DNA of 64,000 bases from the human T2T-CHM13v2.0 reference genome, Homo sapiens (GCF_009914755.1 NC_060936.1); one strand, 5' to 3'. Shown: positions 15,310-27,185, numbered from the stretch's first letter. Made by a program: numbers and translations. The notes: generated by a model from the sequence alone, not told the origin.

Positions 15310-15900
15310 TGAGTCAGGTGGGGACTTGGAGAACTTTTATGTCTAGCCAGAGGATTGTATATGCACCAATCAGCACTCTGTGTCTAGCTCAGGGTTTGTG
15401 GATGCACCAATCAGCACTCTGTATCTAGCTAATCTGGTGGGGACTCAGAGAAGTTTTATGTCTAGCTAAAGGTTTGTAAATGCACCAATCAGCACCCTGT
15501 GTCTACCTGAAGGTTTGTGGATGCACCAATCAGCACTCTGTATCTAGCTAATCTGGTGGGGACTTGGAGAACTTTTAGACCTAGCTAAAGGATTGTAAAT
15601 ACACCAATCAGCACCCTGTGTCTAGCTCAAGGTTTGTAAACGCACCAATCAGCACTCTGTGTCTAGCTCAAGGTTTGTAAATGCACCAATCAGCACTCTG
15701 TGTCTAGCTCAAGGTTTGTAAATGCACCAATCAGCACTCTGTGTCTAGCTCAAGCTTTGTAAATGCACCAATCAGTGCTCTGTGTCTAGCTAATCTGGTG
15801 GGGACTTGGAGAACTTTTATGTCTAGCTCAGGGATTGTAAATGCACCAATCAGCACCCTGTCAAAATGGACCAATCAGCTCTCTGTAAAATGGACCAGTC
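15310..15900 (+). repeat. LTR12 U3 tandem array (~40-bp units, 11 CCAAT/NF-Y boxes)
   Basis: Unit 'gcaccaatcagcactctgtgtctagctcaaggtttgtaaat' interleaved with four 'ggtggggacttggagaactttta'-type units. Confidence 0.93.
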
Positions 15901-16020
15901 AGCAGGATGGGGGTGGGGTCAGATAAGGGAATAAAAGCAGGCTGCTTGAGCCAGCAGCAGCTCATTTGGGTCCCCTTGTCACTGTGGGTGATTTGTTTTT
16001 TTGCTCTTTGCAATAAATCT
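15860..16020 (+). promoter_or_regulatory. LTR12 core promoter and polyA signal
   Basis: CCAAT 15871, AGATAA 15921, TATA-like AATAAAA 15930, AATAAA 16012; canonical ERV9 LTR layout. Confidence 0.75.
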
Positions 16021-16374
16021 TGCTGCTGCTCTGTCTTTGGGTTAGCACCGTGTTTATGAGCTGTAACGCTCACCGAGAAGATCTGCAGTTTTACTCCTGA
16101 GGCCAGCGAGACCACGAACCCACTGGGAGGAATGAACAACTCTAGATGCACTGCCTGAAGAGCTGTGACACTCACCATGAAGGTCCCTGCAGCTTCACTC
16201 CTGAAGCCAGCGAGACCATGAACCCACCAGAAGGAAGAAGCTCCGAACACGTCCGAACATCAGAAGGAACAAATTCCGGACACACCATTTTTAAGAACTG
16301 TAACACACACCACGAGGGTCTGCGGCTTCATTCTTGAAGTCAGTGAGACCAAGAACCCACCAATTTCGGACACA

Positions 16375-16408
16375 CTGGGATTACAGGCATGAGCCATTGT
16401 GCCCAGCC
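16375..16408 (-). mobile_element. Alu 5'-end remnant (34 bp)
   Basis: 'ctgggattacaggcatgagccattgtgcccagcc' is the reverse complement of the first ~34 nt of Alu, abutting the LTR12 end. Confidence 0.9.
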
Positions 16409-17442
16409 ATGTTTCCTCTTTTGTATAGCAAGTACCTACCTGTTAGAATTGTAAGTTTTTATAAGCTTCTGCATGAAAGGCACCTGCCATGCTACCTCAA
16501 AAGATCATTGTGAAAATCTCACTCCAGTGGCTCTAGATTAACGGAACAAGACTAAAACTAAAAGCAGGAAGCCAATGTGTCGTGCTATGATTTGAGGAGG
16601 GTACATACATAAAATCCTTGACGCCCTTGCCTGTCCTTTCACAGTTCCTTTCCTTTGAGACTCAACATTTTTGTCACCTTAAATGGTTATCAGATGATCC
16701 CTTAGCACGCATTACTTCAAAGATAGTGGGAGAAAAAAATAACTGGGTAGAAAGACAACAGGAACACGGTTTGCTTTGGTTCCCTACTCAGAGACCCATA
16801 AGGCATATTAGCATAGTGAAGTCTCCCCTTGAGGAATAGATGGGTGAAAAGGTCACGGGGTGGAAAGGATAGGCTAGAGGCATTAAAGGTACACTTCACA
16901 CCCTCTGCTCACTTAGCAAATGAGAAGAGGCAAGAGGGTTAGAGAGCTGATTGTTAAATTCCTGAGTCGGGGGGGTCGGGGGCTTCTGAATTTATACCCA
17001 GTCTTGTTTCGCAGACTAGATGTGTTCCGAAAAGCGAGCCTTCATACACGTTTATTAAGCACATGTTCCCAGCAGTTTTCATTATAAGAACAGAGATGGA
17101 ATTCCTGGGAGAAGAGCTAGGCCTGCAATGTATCATTGTGTTATGGGGAAAGGAACCCAAACTTTTGCCTGCTGTGCGATGCAAACAATGTTATTTCCCT
17201 TCATGAGACTTCAATTTTCTCTTTAAAACAGAGGTAATAATAATGATACCCTTTCCCAGGCTGATTATGTGGATCAAATTAAATAAGTTAAGTGAAAAGC
17301 CCTGCTAGGTATCACCTCTCTGAGGCCAGACACCATGTCTGTCTCACTCATCAGGGCATTTCTAGCATCGTCTCAGGGTCCCACACAAGGCGGGCACCTA
17401 ATATATCTTTGTCGAACTAGTAAATTAATATTTTATAAACTC

Positions 17443-17742
17443 AGCCAGGCGTGGCGGCTCACACCTATAAGCCCAGCACTTTGGGAGGCCAAAGCAAGCG
17501 GGTCACGAGGTCAGGAGTTCAAGACCAGCCTGGCCAACATGGTGAAACCCTGTCTCTACTAAAAATAAAAAAATTAGCTGGGCGTGGTGGCACGCACCTG
17601 TAATCCCAGCTACTGGGGGCTGAGGCAGGAGAATCTCTTGAAACCAAAAGGCGGAGGCTGCAGTGAGCTCATATCACACCACTGCACTCCAGCCTGGGTG
17701 AAAGAGTGAAACTCCGTATCAAAAACAAAACAAAAACAAAAA
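17443..17742 (+). mobile_element. AluS (Sg-like)
   Basis: Full dimer, 'gtcacgaggtcaggagttcaagaccagcctggccaac', (CAAAA)-type tail. Confidence 0.93.
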
Positions 17743-18689
17743 CCTCAAAAGCCTTGATAAAACACTTGTTTGTTTTTTTAAAGCATTTCTTTATATAATT
17801 TAGGAGTCTTTCATAGCAGTGTTTTCAGACCTTTAGGTTTCGTTGCATTTACTGTTAATGGCATTTTATACAAGAAAGCATTTCCAAATTTTAAAAATTA
17901 AGATTGATGTCATCTCTGAATATAGGTCAATCCTTCTCATGAAAGGACAGTTGGCATCCTTAAACTGTCCAAAAATAATATTATCTAGCCTTTATTGAGC
18001 ACTTTATGGTCTATGTGCTTATTAATGACTAATTTGTAGATTAGTTGTAATAGTAAGAGAATATGAGAAAACTGGGGCACAGAGATGTAAAGTAACTTCC
18101 CAAAAATCACCGGAGGCAGAATTCAAATTTGCTTCTCATAGTTCTTGGCATTGCTTTCATTTTGCACTAGAGAAAACTTCATCTTTGACCAGCACTGTCC
18201 CAAAGCCTGGGGAACTCTGGTTTATTTTACTTGAGGATTGTTTTTGCTATAACTACCTTTCTCTCTAAAATCTCAGCTCGCAGGAATTTCATCTACAACT
18301 TGGGATAAGAATGAGTAGTTCTCATCAGAAGGTAATAATGGGGAAAAAGAATAAATAAACAGAAGTGGGATTCTCTTTGTAGAGAGATGAAAATCAGAGA
18401 GATGTACTAAATGGAGGTGAAATCTGTTCTATTACAGGGGGAAATATATCCAGAGAAATTAGTAAAATTAAAAGGGTTAAGTCAGTGGACTCACATACTA
18501 GACACTAAGTCATGGAAAACCTGACAGACTTCTACCTATGAGGTGGGCAACCTAGAAAATGCTCCTTGATCCCACAAGAGTGAAGTGAGCGAAGATCATG
18601 AGTACAGTCGCACCAAATGGAGCCAAGGGTATAAGTGAGAGTGAATTCTGCACCCAGGGGGCCTCTCCTCCAGTTCAGGAACTGATCAG

Positions 18690-19312
18690 TGCAGAGGCAT
18701 GGCAGCGTGTGGTTTACCTCCCCTTAGGGACGGACTTAGCCAGGAGCAGTGAGGATTTCAGGAGCAGACACTGCTGCTTTGCCAGCTGGACCCATGCCAG
18801 GCTCTGCCAATAGCAGGCGTAAGAGGCAGCCTGGAAGGCAGAAGGAGGAAAAGGGGACTTGTTCCTCCATCTGCTTCCATTTAGCATCCTGGTGGCTTCC
18901 TATTCCTTTGAATGTCTCATCAGAAACATTTTTTCACTCTCAGCAGTTGTTCCAGAGGCTGCAGTTTTCAGGTTTCCCCCCTCACCTTCCCAGGACAAGT
19001 TTGAACACACCATCTGAGAATGACCAGCACCTGCCAGTCATCATCCCGCCTACAAGACTGGCTTCCAACTTGGCAGGGCCCCTCCTCTGAGCTAAGTCCT
19101 AATAACTCCAACCTCTTGTGTTTGCTCCCACAATGTAGGATAGGGAGCTGCTTCCTGCGGTTACCTACGGTTCCCTTTCACACTTTCACTGCTCAAATAC
19201 CCGTTTGACCAATCTCTTCGTTAAAATACCTTTCTTAATTTCTTAATTTTCTTCTAAAATACCTTCGTTAAAATATCCTTTCTGTTTTTCCTGGCTGGAC
19301 CTTGGTAGAACA
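18690..19312 (+). mobile_element. Old ERVL LTR (LTR33-like)
   Basis: 'aataactccaacctctt...agctgcttcctgcggttacct...ttctgtttttcctggctggaccttggtagaaca' resembles the LTR33 3' half; 5' boundary uncertain. Confidence 0.5.
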
Positions 19313-19651
19313 GTGCCCGTATCCATCTTTGCTTCCTTAATGCTTACTCTTCATATCCCCACCCCTGCCACTTGGTATTTGCAGATTTGCATTATTATTG
19401 AGGTTTTTAAATGCATAAGTTCTGACTTTCCATTTAGAGAAAAACTGGAGGCACAGAGAAAACATGTTACAGTGCTTGGATTTAGAAAGAAATAGATTTA
19501 AGATCTGATTCTTCCATTTCACAAACGAAGTGATTTTGAGTGAATTGTTTAACATCTCAGTACACTACTTTCTTTTCTAGAATGATGACGATAATGCCTG
19601 CCTCATGGTGATGTTGAGAGGAAATAATGAGTAAGATATATATAAAGTACC

Positions 19652-20066
19652 TGATAAGGTTTGGCTCTGTGTCTCCACCAAATCTCATGTCAAATTGTAA
19701 TCCCAAATGTTGGGGGTGGGGCCTGGTGGGAGGTGATTGGATCATGTGGGTGGTTTCTCATGAATGGTTTAGCACCACCGCCTTGATGCTATTCTCACGA
19801 TAGTGAGTGAGTTTTCACGAGATCTGGTCATTTAAAAGTGTGTAGCACCTCCCCCTATCTCTCTTGCTCCTGCTCTGCCACGTAGAAGTGCCTGCTTCCG
19901 CATTGCCTTCTGCCATGATCATAAGTTTCCTGAGGCCTCTCCAGAAGAGGAAGCCCCTGTGACTCCTGCAAAACCTGCAGAACAATGAGCAAATTAACCT
20001 TCTTTTCTTTATAAATTACCCAGTCTCAGGTATTTCTTTAGAGCAGTGTGAGAATGGGTTAATACA
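19652..20066 (+). mobile_element. MSTA solo LTR (MaLR) nested in a MIR
   Basis: 'tgataaggtttggctctgtgtc...aaattacccagtctcaggtatttc...aataca'; MIR sequence on both sides. Confidence 0.9.
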
Positions 20067-21246
20067 GTGTCTTAATAAAAGCACTCAGTGTATAAGGGTA
20101 TTCAATAAGTGACTTCTTATTTTTTGTGTGTCTGTGCACAATTGCCTATGGCACTAGCTCAGCACTAGCTTGTACGTGGTAGGCCCTCAATATATAGCAA
20201 GTGATTATGGTGATTATTTAATATCTTTGTGTGTATCTGTGTCCCATGTCATCGGACACTGGCTAGTACACAGTAGCACTCAATGAATATTTGTAGATAA
20301 TAAACGTATGTTTGAACTGCTTGATTAATAGCTCATAACATGTAATAATCCATTTGTTGTGTGTTTTTTACTAAAAAATAGACTGCTGCTCTGCCCACAA
20401 AGAATTCCAGAGCATGCTCTTTGACTGGAGGTCTGTCTCACTTCTATGGGTAGAACATACCTGGATCAAGTACTGGTACGATGTGTTTGGAACAAAAGAT
20501 CTGTTATCTGTTCCTGTTCCCCTACGGATAGGAAAGAAATGAAACTCTAGATGATCTTTCTTGAAGCAAAAAAAACCCAAAAAAAGCAAAAAAAGAAAAG
20601 CCTGTGACTTTGATTACTGATCTTAATTTGGATGAAAATGGGAAACATTCACCACCCACAGTTCGCAGGAATCGTGAATACCCCTGAGGACAGTGTGTTT
20701 TCACAGGGGAGCAACAGAATGCGAATTCCTGCAGCCCCTCTTGAGGAGCTGGAAAGCAGACCTGCATGTTTAATCATGGAGAAAAAATAATAGAGATCAG
20801 ATGTCTGGGGAGGGAGTGCCGAGGAACTCTGGCAGACTCTACTTGACGCAATGTAGTGTAAGAATGTTTTATTGTCCCTGTGGCTTGCTTTCGTTAGATA
20901 AGGTCCATCATCCACTGGGAGTAAAGTAATTACAGTCCTTGAAGAGGTTGAGGAGAGCTTTCTTACCCAATTCAGTCAGTCTTTAGAATATATTTATGCT
21001 GAGCAGCAACAACAAATATCCAGCATATTTACATTTATATTTATAAACTAAGCTCATTAAGAGATTGGACAACCAGGGCCTCCTATTTGCTCTTGTAGGA
21101 AAGGTCTGATGTCAAAGTGAACTCGTTCAGAGAATTGACCTTCAGTTGTGGTATCTGAAAAGAAGTCGTGACTCAGGAGTTTAACTCTGCTGACGATGAA
21201 ATGCTGTGCTTCCCGCTAGTGAAGTCAATCAAGAATATTTCAAGTA

Positions 21247-21919
21247 GAGTGGTTCTCAAGCTTTAGGGGGCATCAGAGTCACCTGACGGGCTTGCTAAAA
21301 CACAGCTTGCTGGGCCTCACTCTCAGGGTGGAGCCTGAACTCACTGCCCAAGTGTGTTAGTCAGGATTCTCCAGAGAAGCAGAACTAACAGGAGACACAC
21401 AGAGTATTAAAGAGATCTGTTATAAGGAATTGGCCTGCAGAATTATGGAAGCTGAGCAGTCCCAAGATCTGCAGTCAGCACACTGGAGGCCTAGGAGAGC
21501 CAACAGTGTAGCTCCAGTCTAAGTCCAAAGTCCTGAGAGCCAGCCAATGGTGTACATTCCAGTCTGAAGGCTGGCAGGCTCAAGACCCAAGAGCCAACTT
21601 TTCACTTTGTGTCTGAAGGCAGAAAAAGACTAGTGTTCTAGCTTAGGCAGGCAGGAGGGATTCTCTCTTCCTCACCCTTTTTGTTGTATTCAGGTCTTTG
21701 ATTGGATAAGGCCCATCCACATGAGGAAGTGCAATGGACTTTACTCAGTCTACCAATTCAAATATTAACCTCATCCAGAAATATCCTCACAGACACATTC
21801 AGAATAATATTTGGCCAAATGTCCAGACACCCTGTGGCCCAGCTGACACATTAAAATGAACCATCACACCAAGGGATGCTGATGGTACTTGTTCAGGGTC
21901 CATGATCCGAGAGTTACTG
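21247..21919 (+). mobile_element. MER5A (hAT MITE) split by an MLT2 LTR
   Basis: 'gtggttctcaagc...gcatcagagtcacctg...cttgctaaaacacag' resumes as 'ggatgctgatggtacttgttcagggtcc' after the LTR. Confidence 0.75.
21353..21868 (-). mobile_element. MLT2B-like (ERVL) solo LTR
   Basis: 'tgtgttagtcaggattctccagagaa...aaaatgaaccatcaca'; perfect 5-bp TSD ccaag at 21348-21352 and 21869-21873. Confidence 0.9.
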
Positions 21920-22658
21920 CTATAGCAGAAATTAAGTCAGGACTGGAAACCCACCACTTACTTTATTTTTATCACAAGGCCCAGTACAAAGTGGATACTT
22001 AATAAAAAGTATATTTAATGAGTGAATAAAGTAACAGGAGGAGGGAAAGGATGAAGGAAAGGAGAGAAGGAGGTCTCTTAGATAAAGAGACCTGAGTAGA
22101 TATTAGATGGCCAGAGTTCTAGTGTGGCTGGCCCTCCCTTTCCTCAGCTGTAACGTTGAGTGCTCACAGTAACTCCGTAATTCCCATTTTGTAGTTGAAA
22201 AAACTGAGTTCACACCTTAAGGAAGTAGTAGAGCGGAGTTTCCAACTCAGCTTTCTCTGCCCCCAAACCTTTGTTCTTATACTGCCTACACCACAAACAT
22301 TTGTGGAACATTGAATATGGGCAAGCCACCACATGGTGAGGAAAACCTCAGGGCATTTATAAGCTAGTGAAAAGCAGGCTTTTATTTTTGTAAATACCTA
22401 AAGAAATTTGAAATAGAAGATTGTTCAAAATGTCACTGGAAAGTGGGATTAAGGCACCATGTATAGTGATTTTAAGAGTGTACCTTGTGGTTCAGTCTCT
22501 TCCGAGTCTGAATTCTTTTTCCATCACTTATGATCTGTGTCACCTTTGTCAAGTCACAGAATCTCTGTGCCTCAGTTTCTCCATCCATAAATATCTATCT
22601 CATAAGGGTATTTACACTCTTACAGGATTACACCCTTACAGGGTTAAATGAGTTAATA

Positions 22659-23502
22659 CAGTACTCCTCTTTATCCACGGTTTCATTTTCTACAGTTTCA
22701 ATTACTCATGGTCAATCACAGTCTGAAAAGATTAAATGGAAAATTCCAGAAATAAACAATTCATGTTTTCAATTGCACTCTGTTCTGAGTAGTGTGATAA
22801 AATCTGGAGCTATCCCACCCCATCCCTCTCAGGACGTGAATCATCCCTTTGTCCAGTGTATCCCTGCTGTAGACACTGCCCACCCGTTAGTCATTAGTCG
22901 CTGTCTCGGTTATCAGGTCCACCGTCACAGTAAAGCAGTGCTTGTGTTCAAGGAACCCTTATGTTACTTCATAATGGCCCCAAAGCACAAGAGTAGTGAC
23001 GCTGGTAATTTAGATATGCCAAAGACAAAGTATAAACTGCACTTTCTCTACACTGGTGTAAAATTTCTCTTCTAGAGATTGTAGTAAATATCCATATAGC
23101 AATTAACATTTCCTATATAACTGTCCTTCCAGAAACACACTCCCCATCTTTGAATAGCTTCTTCCTTTCTCAAGACACCAATTTCAATAACAGTTATTAC
23201 TACCCCTCAGTGTGCCTGTTTATTGCTGGTTCGGTGATGTTATATTAATATGACTTTGATGCACTACATAAATACAGATGCATATACAGTAGTCCATATA
23301 CTTCAAGTGAAAAAGTGAAAGTTCTCCAATGCTGAGGTTGCTGTGATCTATAGTAAGACTGAATCTTTTATCCATAAAATTGTGAAAAAATAAATAAAAT
23401 TTGTGCATAGAATATATACGGTTCAGTACTATCTGTTGTTCAAGCATCCACTGAGGTTCTTGAACATATCCCCAGTGAATAAGGGGGGACTATGGACTAC
23501 TG
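22659..23502 (+). mobile_element. MER44 (Tigger7-derived MITE) with a ~255-bp internal insertion, nested in a MIR
   Basis: TA-flanked TIRs 'cagtactcctctttatcc' / 'gaataaggggggac...tactg'; transposase start remnant MAPKHKSSDAGNLDMPK. Confidence 0.88.
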
Positions 23503-23867
23503 TATATGTAAAACAGTTACATAGTATTATTTACAGGGAAATCAGTATATTGGTCTTCACTATTATTATTATTATTATTATTATATCCCCAGCACCTATC
23601 TTAATGCCTAATAATTGAAGATGATCTTTACATACGTGTTTAATGAATACTAGGAATGTTTCTGGAGATTGTAGTAAGTATCCACATAAAAGTTAAAGTT
23701 TCCTATGTAACTGTCCTTCTGGAAACTCACTCTCCATCTTTGAATAGCTTCTTCTTTTTCTCAAGGCACCAATTTCAATAACAGTTATTACTACCCCTCA
23801 GTGTGCCCGCTTATTGCTGGCTCAGTGATATTATATTAATATAGCTTGATGCACTACATAAATAGAG
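23070..23867 (+). repeat. Dispersed direct duplication of ~208 bp (23070-23277 and 23660-23867)
   Basis: Alignment by eye gives about 25 differences over ~208 bp (~88% identity), with the shared block 'caccaatttcaataacagttattactacccctcagtgtgcc'. Confidence 0.95.
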
Positions 23868-25140
23868 TAAGAAAATGAGGCAAAACCTTGAAATTTCCCT
23901 TCAATGCCTGATAAGTTTCAGTTCTCACAGGTGAAGACAATTGAGACTTCAGAGAAAACAACCAGGAAGAACTTCTGAATTTGCCTTTTAATATATACCT
24001 TATGTATGAATTGCAGCCGACGACCTCTTGCTTTGCTTGTCAGATTAACTTCATAAAAAAAATCACTTGGAAATGCAAAACTTCACTGAACCTTTCTTTA
24101 AAAAGTAGCATATTGCCAGAGAATTCTTAGCCAAGCATATGGAAGTGAGAACTGTGGTTTGTTGTCTGATATTTAAAAGTCTACCTGAGCTCTTTAGTGC
24201 ATGGATACTGAATATTCAACAATGTTCTGAAATTTCCAGTGTTGCTGCTTGCTTCAGCACTTTCATTCTGAGGATATGCCAGAATTGCACATTAGCATTT
24301 AAATGGACAGCGAAGTCCTGCAGAAACCTCATGATATATGTCACACTGGAACCGGCTTCAACTCCTTCAGGGGCTGCGGAGTTTCTTGTGCCTTTTCTGA
24401 TGTTCCAACTTCTCTTTCAACTTTTGCCTTTGTGGATTTGGGATGATCAGTTATCTGCAAGATTTATAACCAACAGCTTTGATGTCGGACAGATGTATGG
24501 TGTCAACATTCTGCAATTCAAGAAAATTCTCTTTCTCCTTTAGGATGTAATATGTTTTTCTCTCTGCTGACTGCTGACTTTGATATAATAAAGCAAACTT
24601 CAGTTCCCTGGGTTTCTCTTAAAGCGGAAAATTTTACAACAGTTCTCATTCCAAGTTGGAACTTAATTTGATGTAACATCCCTAACTTCACTAAAACACC
24701 ATGCTAGGTCAAAAGGGCTCATTTTTTATACACCTAAAACCCATAGCTGCTTACATCTCGGTAGGAACACCACAAAGAACCAATTACTAGAGGGTTTTCA
24801 TTTGGATGTGATTATCTGCCTCCTGAAACTCAGACTTAAAACATAACTTAAAGAACATGTTTCTCTGAGATGCATCACGGATCCTATCCCTTGACCTCCT
24901 GAGTGTGATAAAGATGGATCATATCAATATTCCTGGATTATACAGCCTTGTCAGTATAACAACAGATACAGAATATAAAGCTGCTGGGTTGAGTGTCATG
25001 CAACAGTGCAATCGTACTACTTCCTAGTGCATGTCCCTTGGGGCTGCTGCAAAAAGCAACCCACTGATGATCAGTTTCATGGCACCGTCTACAGCATGCT
25101 GTCCCATAGGGTAGCTGCTTTTCATACGTGGCTACTTAAA

Positions 25141-25503
25141 GTTCAGTCTTATGGGGCTAAAATCAGGGCGTTGGCAGGGCTTGTTCCTTCTGGGACCTTT
25201 AAGAGATAAATTATTATTTGTCTTTTTCAGCTTCTAGAGGACACTTGCATTCCTTGGCTTGTGGCCTCTTCCTCCAATCACTCTAAGCTTCTCGCTTCCC
25301 TCATCACAACTCCCACTCCTCTGTCTTTGCCTTTCCTGCCTCCATATTATAAGACTCTTGTGATTACATCACTGGGCCACCCAGACAATCCAGAAAAATC
25401 TCCCCATCTCAATATCCTTAACTTAATCACATCAGCAATGTTCCCTTCACCACATAAGGATTAGTTTGTGGACATTTTCAGGGACCATTATCTACTCTAC
25501 CAC
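25141..25503 (-). mobile_element. MLT1 (MLT1D-like) LTR fragment
   Basis: 'gggctaaaatcagggcgttggcagggc...cagcttctagagg...cttgtgattacat...aatctccccatctcaatatccttaacttaatcacatc'. Confidence 0.8.
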
Positions 25504-26449
25504 ATCACCTTCACCATTTGATTTTTGCTGTGTTTGCTTACCAATATACTATTAATACTATTTACTTCATATTTGTCTTAAAAGTTTTTTATTTAATCTT
25601 ATCTGTGAACTCAATGGGCTAATTATTTTTTTTCTAAAACATAGTAAAGTAACATTTTAATTATGAAAATAAAAAAGTTTCATTTATCTTCCAGCATCTC
25701 CTGGGCTATGAGTGATAGGCATACCACACTGATTATAAATTCTGCTATGAATTGACTACTTGCAAGGATTGGCCAAAAATTTCTCTAAAATATTACATAA
25801 TGGGGAAAGTCTAGCCGAATCTAATGAGCAAGCTTCTCTTCTAAATTCTTTAATTTCTGTCCAGGTATTATATTTGAAGGGATAGATTTTGAGTCATATT
25901 ATTAAAGCCAGACATAGAAATTTCTTGACTGAGTTACAGTTTAATGTTGAGTCCTCTACCATTAGAGAAGGTCAGTGCAAGAATCATCTCCTTGAACTGA
26001 CTTTCTGATCCTTTTGTAAACCTGTAATTGGAGATATGACCCATTATGTTACCGAGTGTTCTTTGCACAGGGAGGACGAGTAATACATTACAGCTTGAGT
26101 TTAGCTTTAGCCAAAAAAGATGGCCTCTAATGTTAAATTAGTTGACTTTCTTTTGTCATAAAAAGAAATGTGTTCCTCTTTTTGCCTAAGCTGCTAAGCA
26201 TAATCAGATTGAAAGTATAAATGAAATTGCATTATCACTGGGACCTTGGCAACAATATTCCTCTGCTCCAGGTATGTGAAGTACATGTTGTTTTGAGACC
26301 TAGTTGTACTTCATGTTGTGTCAAATCTTATTTAAAGTAATTATATTGAAGTCCTGTTATGATAGAACTTATAGTTAGGTGCACTTGGATATTTCATATG
26401 AAACAAATTCCTGAATCTTGAACTATATTTAGTATTTTAAGAGAGTAAT

Positions 26450-26894
26450 TGTGGTGATTATAAGGATGTGCCTTGCAGACCTCTGACTACACTGAAATTG
26501 ATAAGGGCCCCAGCTGCCTTTCACTGAAATCCATTCCTGTGTCTGCACTGAGACCATCCTTCCCACTGGCTGCTCCCAGGTGAGGACTGAGTGCAGCAGG
26601 GGCACTAAGACAGCCCGCTCCTGGGAGACTCAAGACTCACCTTTGACAGTCAGCTTTGCCTTGAGGACTCCTGTTGGCCTCCCTGAACCTTCCTTAGATT
26701 TCACGGTCATCTAGAATACTTGCATCCACTCTTCACTCCTTCTTCTCACTCATTCTGCTTACATTGTGGCCAGAAGGCTCAGTCTTCTCTGGGTCCCTTC
26801 CTTTGTTCTGTTGCAGGCATTTCCTGAATTATATATCATTTAACCATTTAAGCTGTCTTGGCATCTACATCTAGGAGGACCCAGGGTAACAAAC
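26450..26894 (+). mobile_element. LTR16-like (ERVL) solo LTR
   Basis: 'tgtggtgatta...cccactggctgctcccag..gactgagtgcagcagggg...tcttggcatctacatctaggaggacccag'. Confidence 0.7.
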
Positions 26895-26897
26895 ACT

Positions 26898-27185
26898 GGC
26901 CGGGCACGGTGGCTCACGCCTGTAATCCCAGCAGTTTGGGAGGCCAAGGCAGGTGGATGGCTTGAGACCAGGTGTTCGAGCCCCGCCTGGGCAACATGGA
27001 GAAACCTCTGTCTCTAAAAACAATGCAGAAATTAGCCAGGCATCATAGCTCCCACCTATAGTCCCAGCTACTCAAGAGGCTGAGGTGGAAAGATCACTTG
27101 AGCCCAGGAGGTTGAGGCTGCAGTGAGCAGAGATTGCGCCACTGCACTCCAGCCTGGGTGACAGAGTGAGACCTCATCTAAAAAA
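26898..27185 (+). mobile_element. AluJ
   Basis: Full dimer with J diagnostics (cttgagcccaggaggttgaggctgcagtgag). Confidence 0.92.

Larger units (their letters stand above)
14924..16374 (+). mobile_element. ERV9 LTR12 (LTR12C/D/E group), 5'-truncated, no internal sequence attached
   Basis: GC-rich U3 ('aggggcttagcacctgggccagcagctgc'), ~40-bp CCAAT repeats, GATA/TATA-like box, U5 repeats, terminus 'aagaacccaccaatttcggacaca'; no PBS follows. Confidence 0.95.

Noticed and set aside
14924-15310. CpG-island-like gene promoter and GC-rich ORFs
   Set aside because: Entirely LTR12 U3 sequence.
15310-15900. Regularly spaced ~40-bp repeats resembling a CRISPR array
   Set aside because: There are no unique spacers or cas genes, and the context is eukaryotic; this is the LTR12 U3 tandem array.
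22530-23075. Longest ORF in the track (181 aa)
   Set aside because: It runs through MIR and MER44 sequence; only the MAPKHKSSDAG tail is a transposase remnant. Not a host gene.
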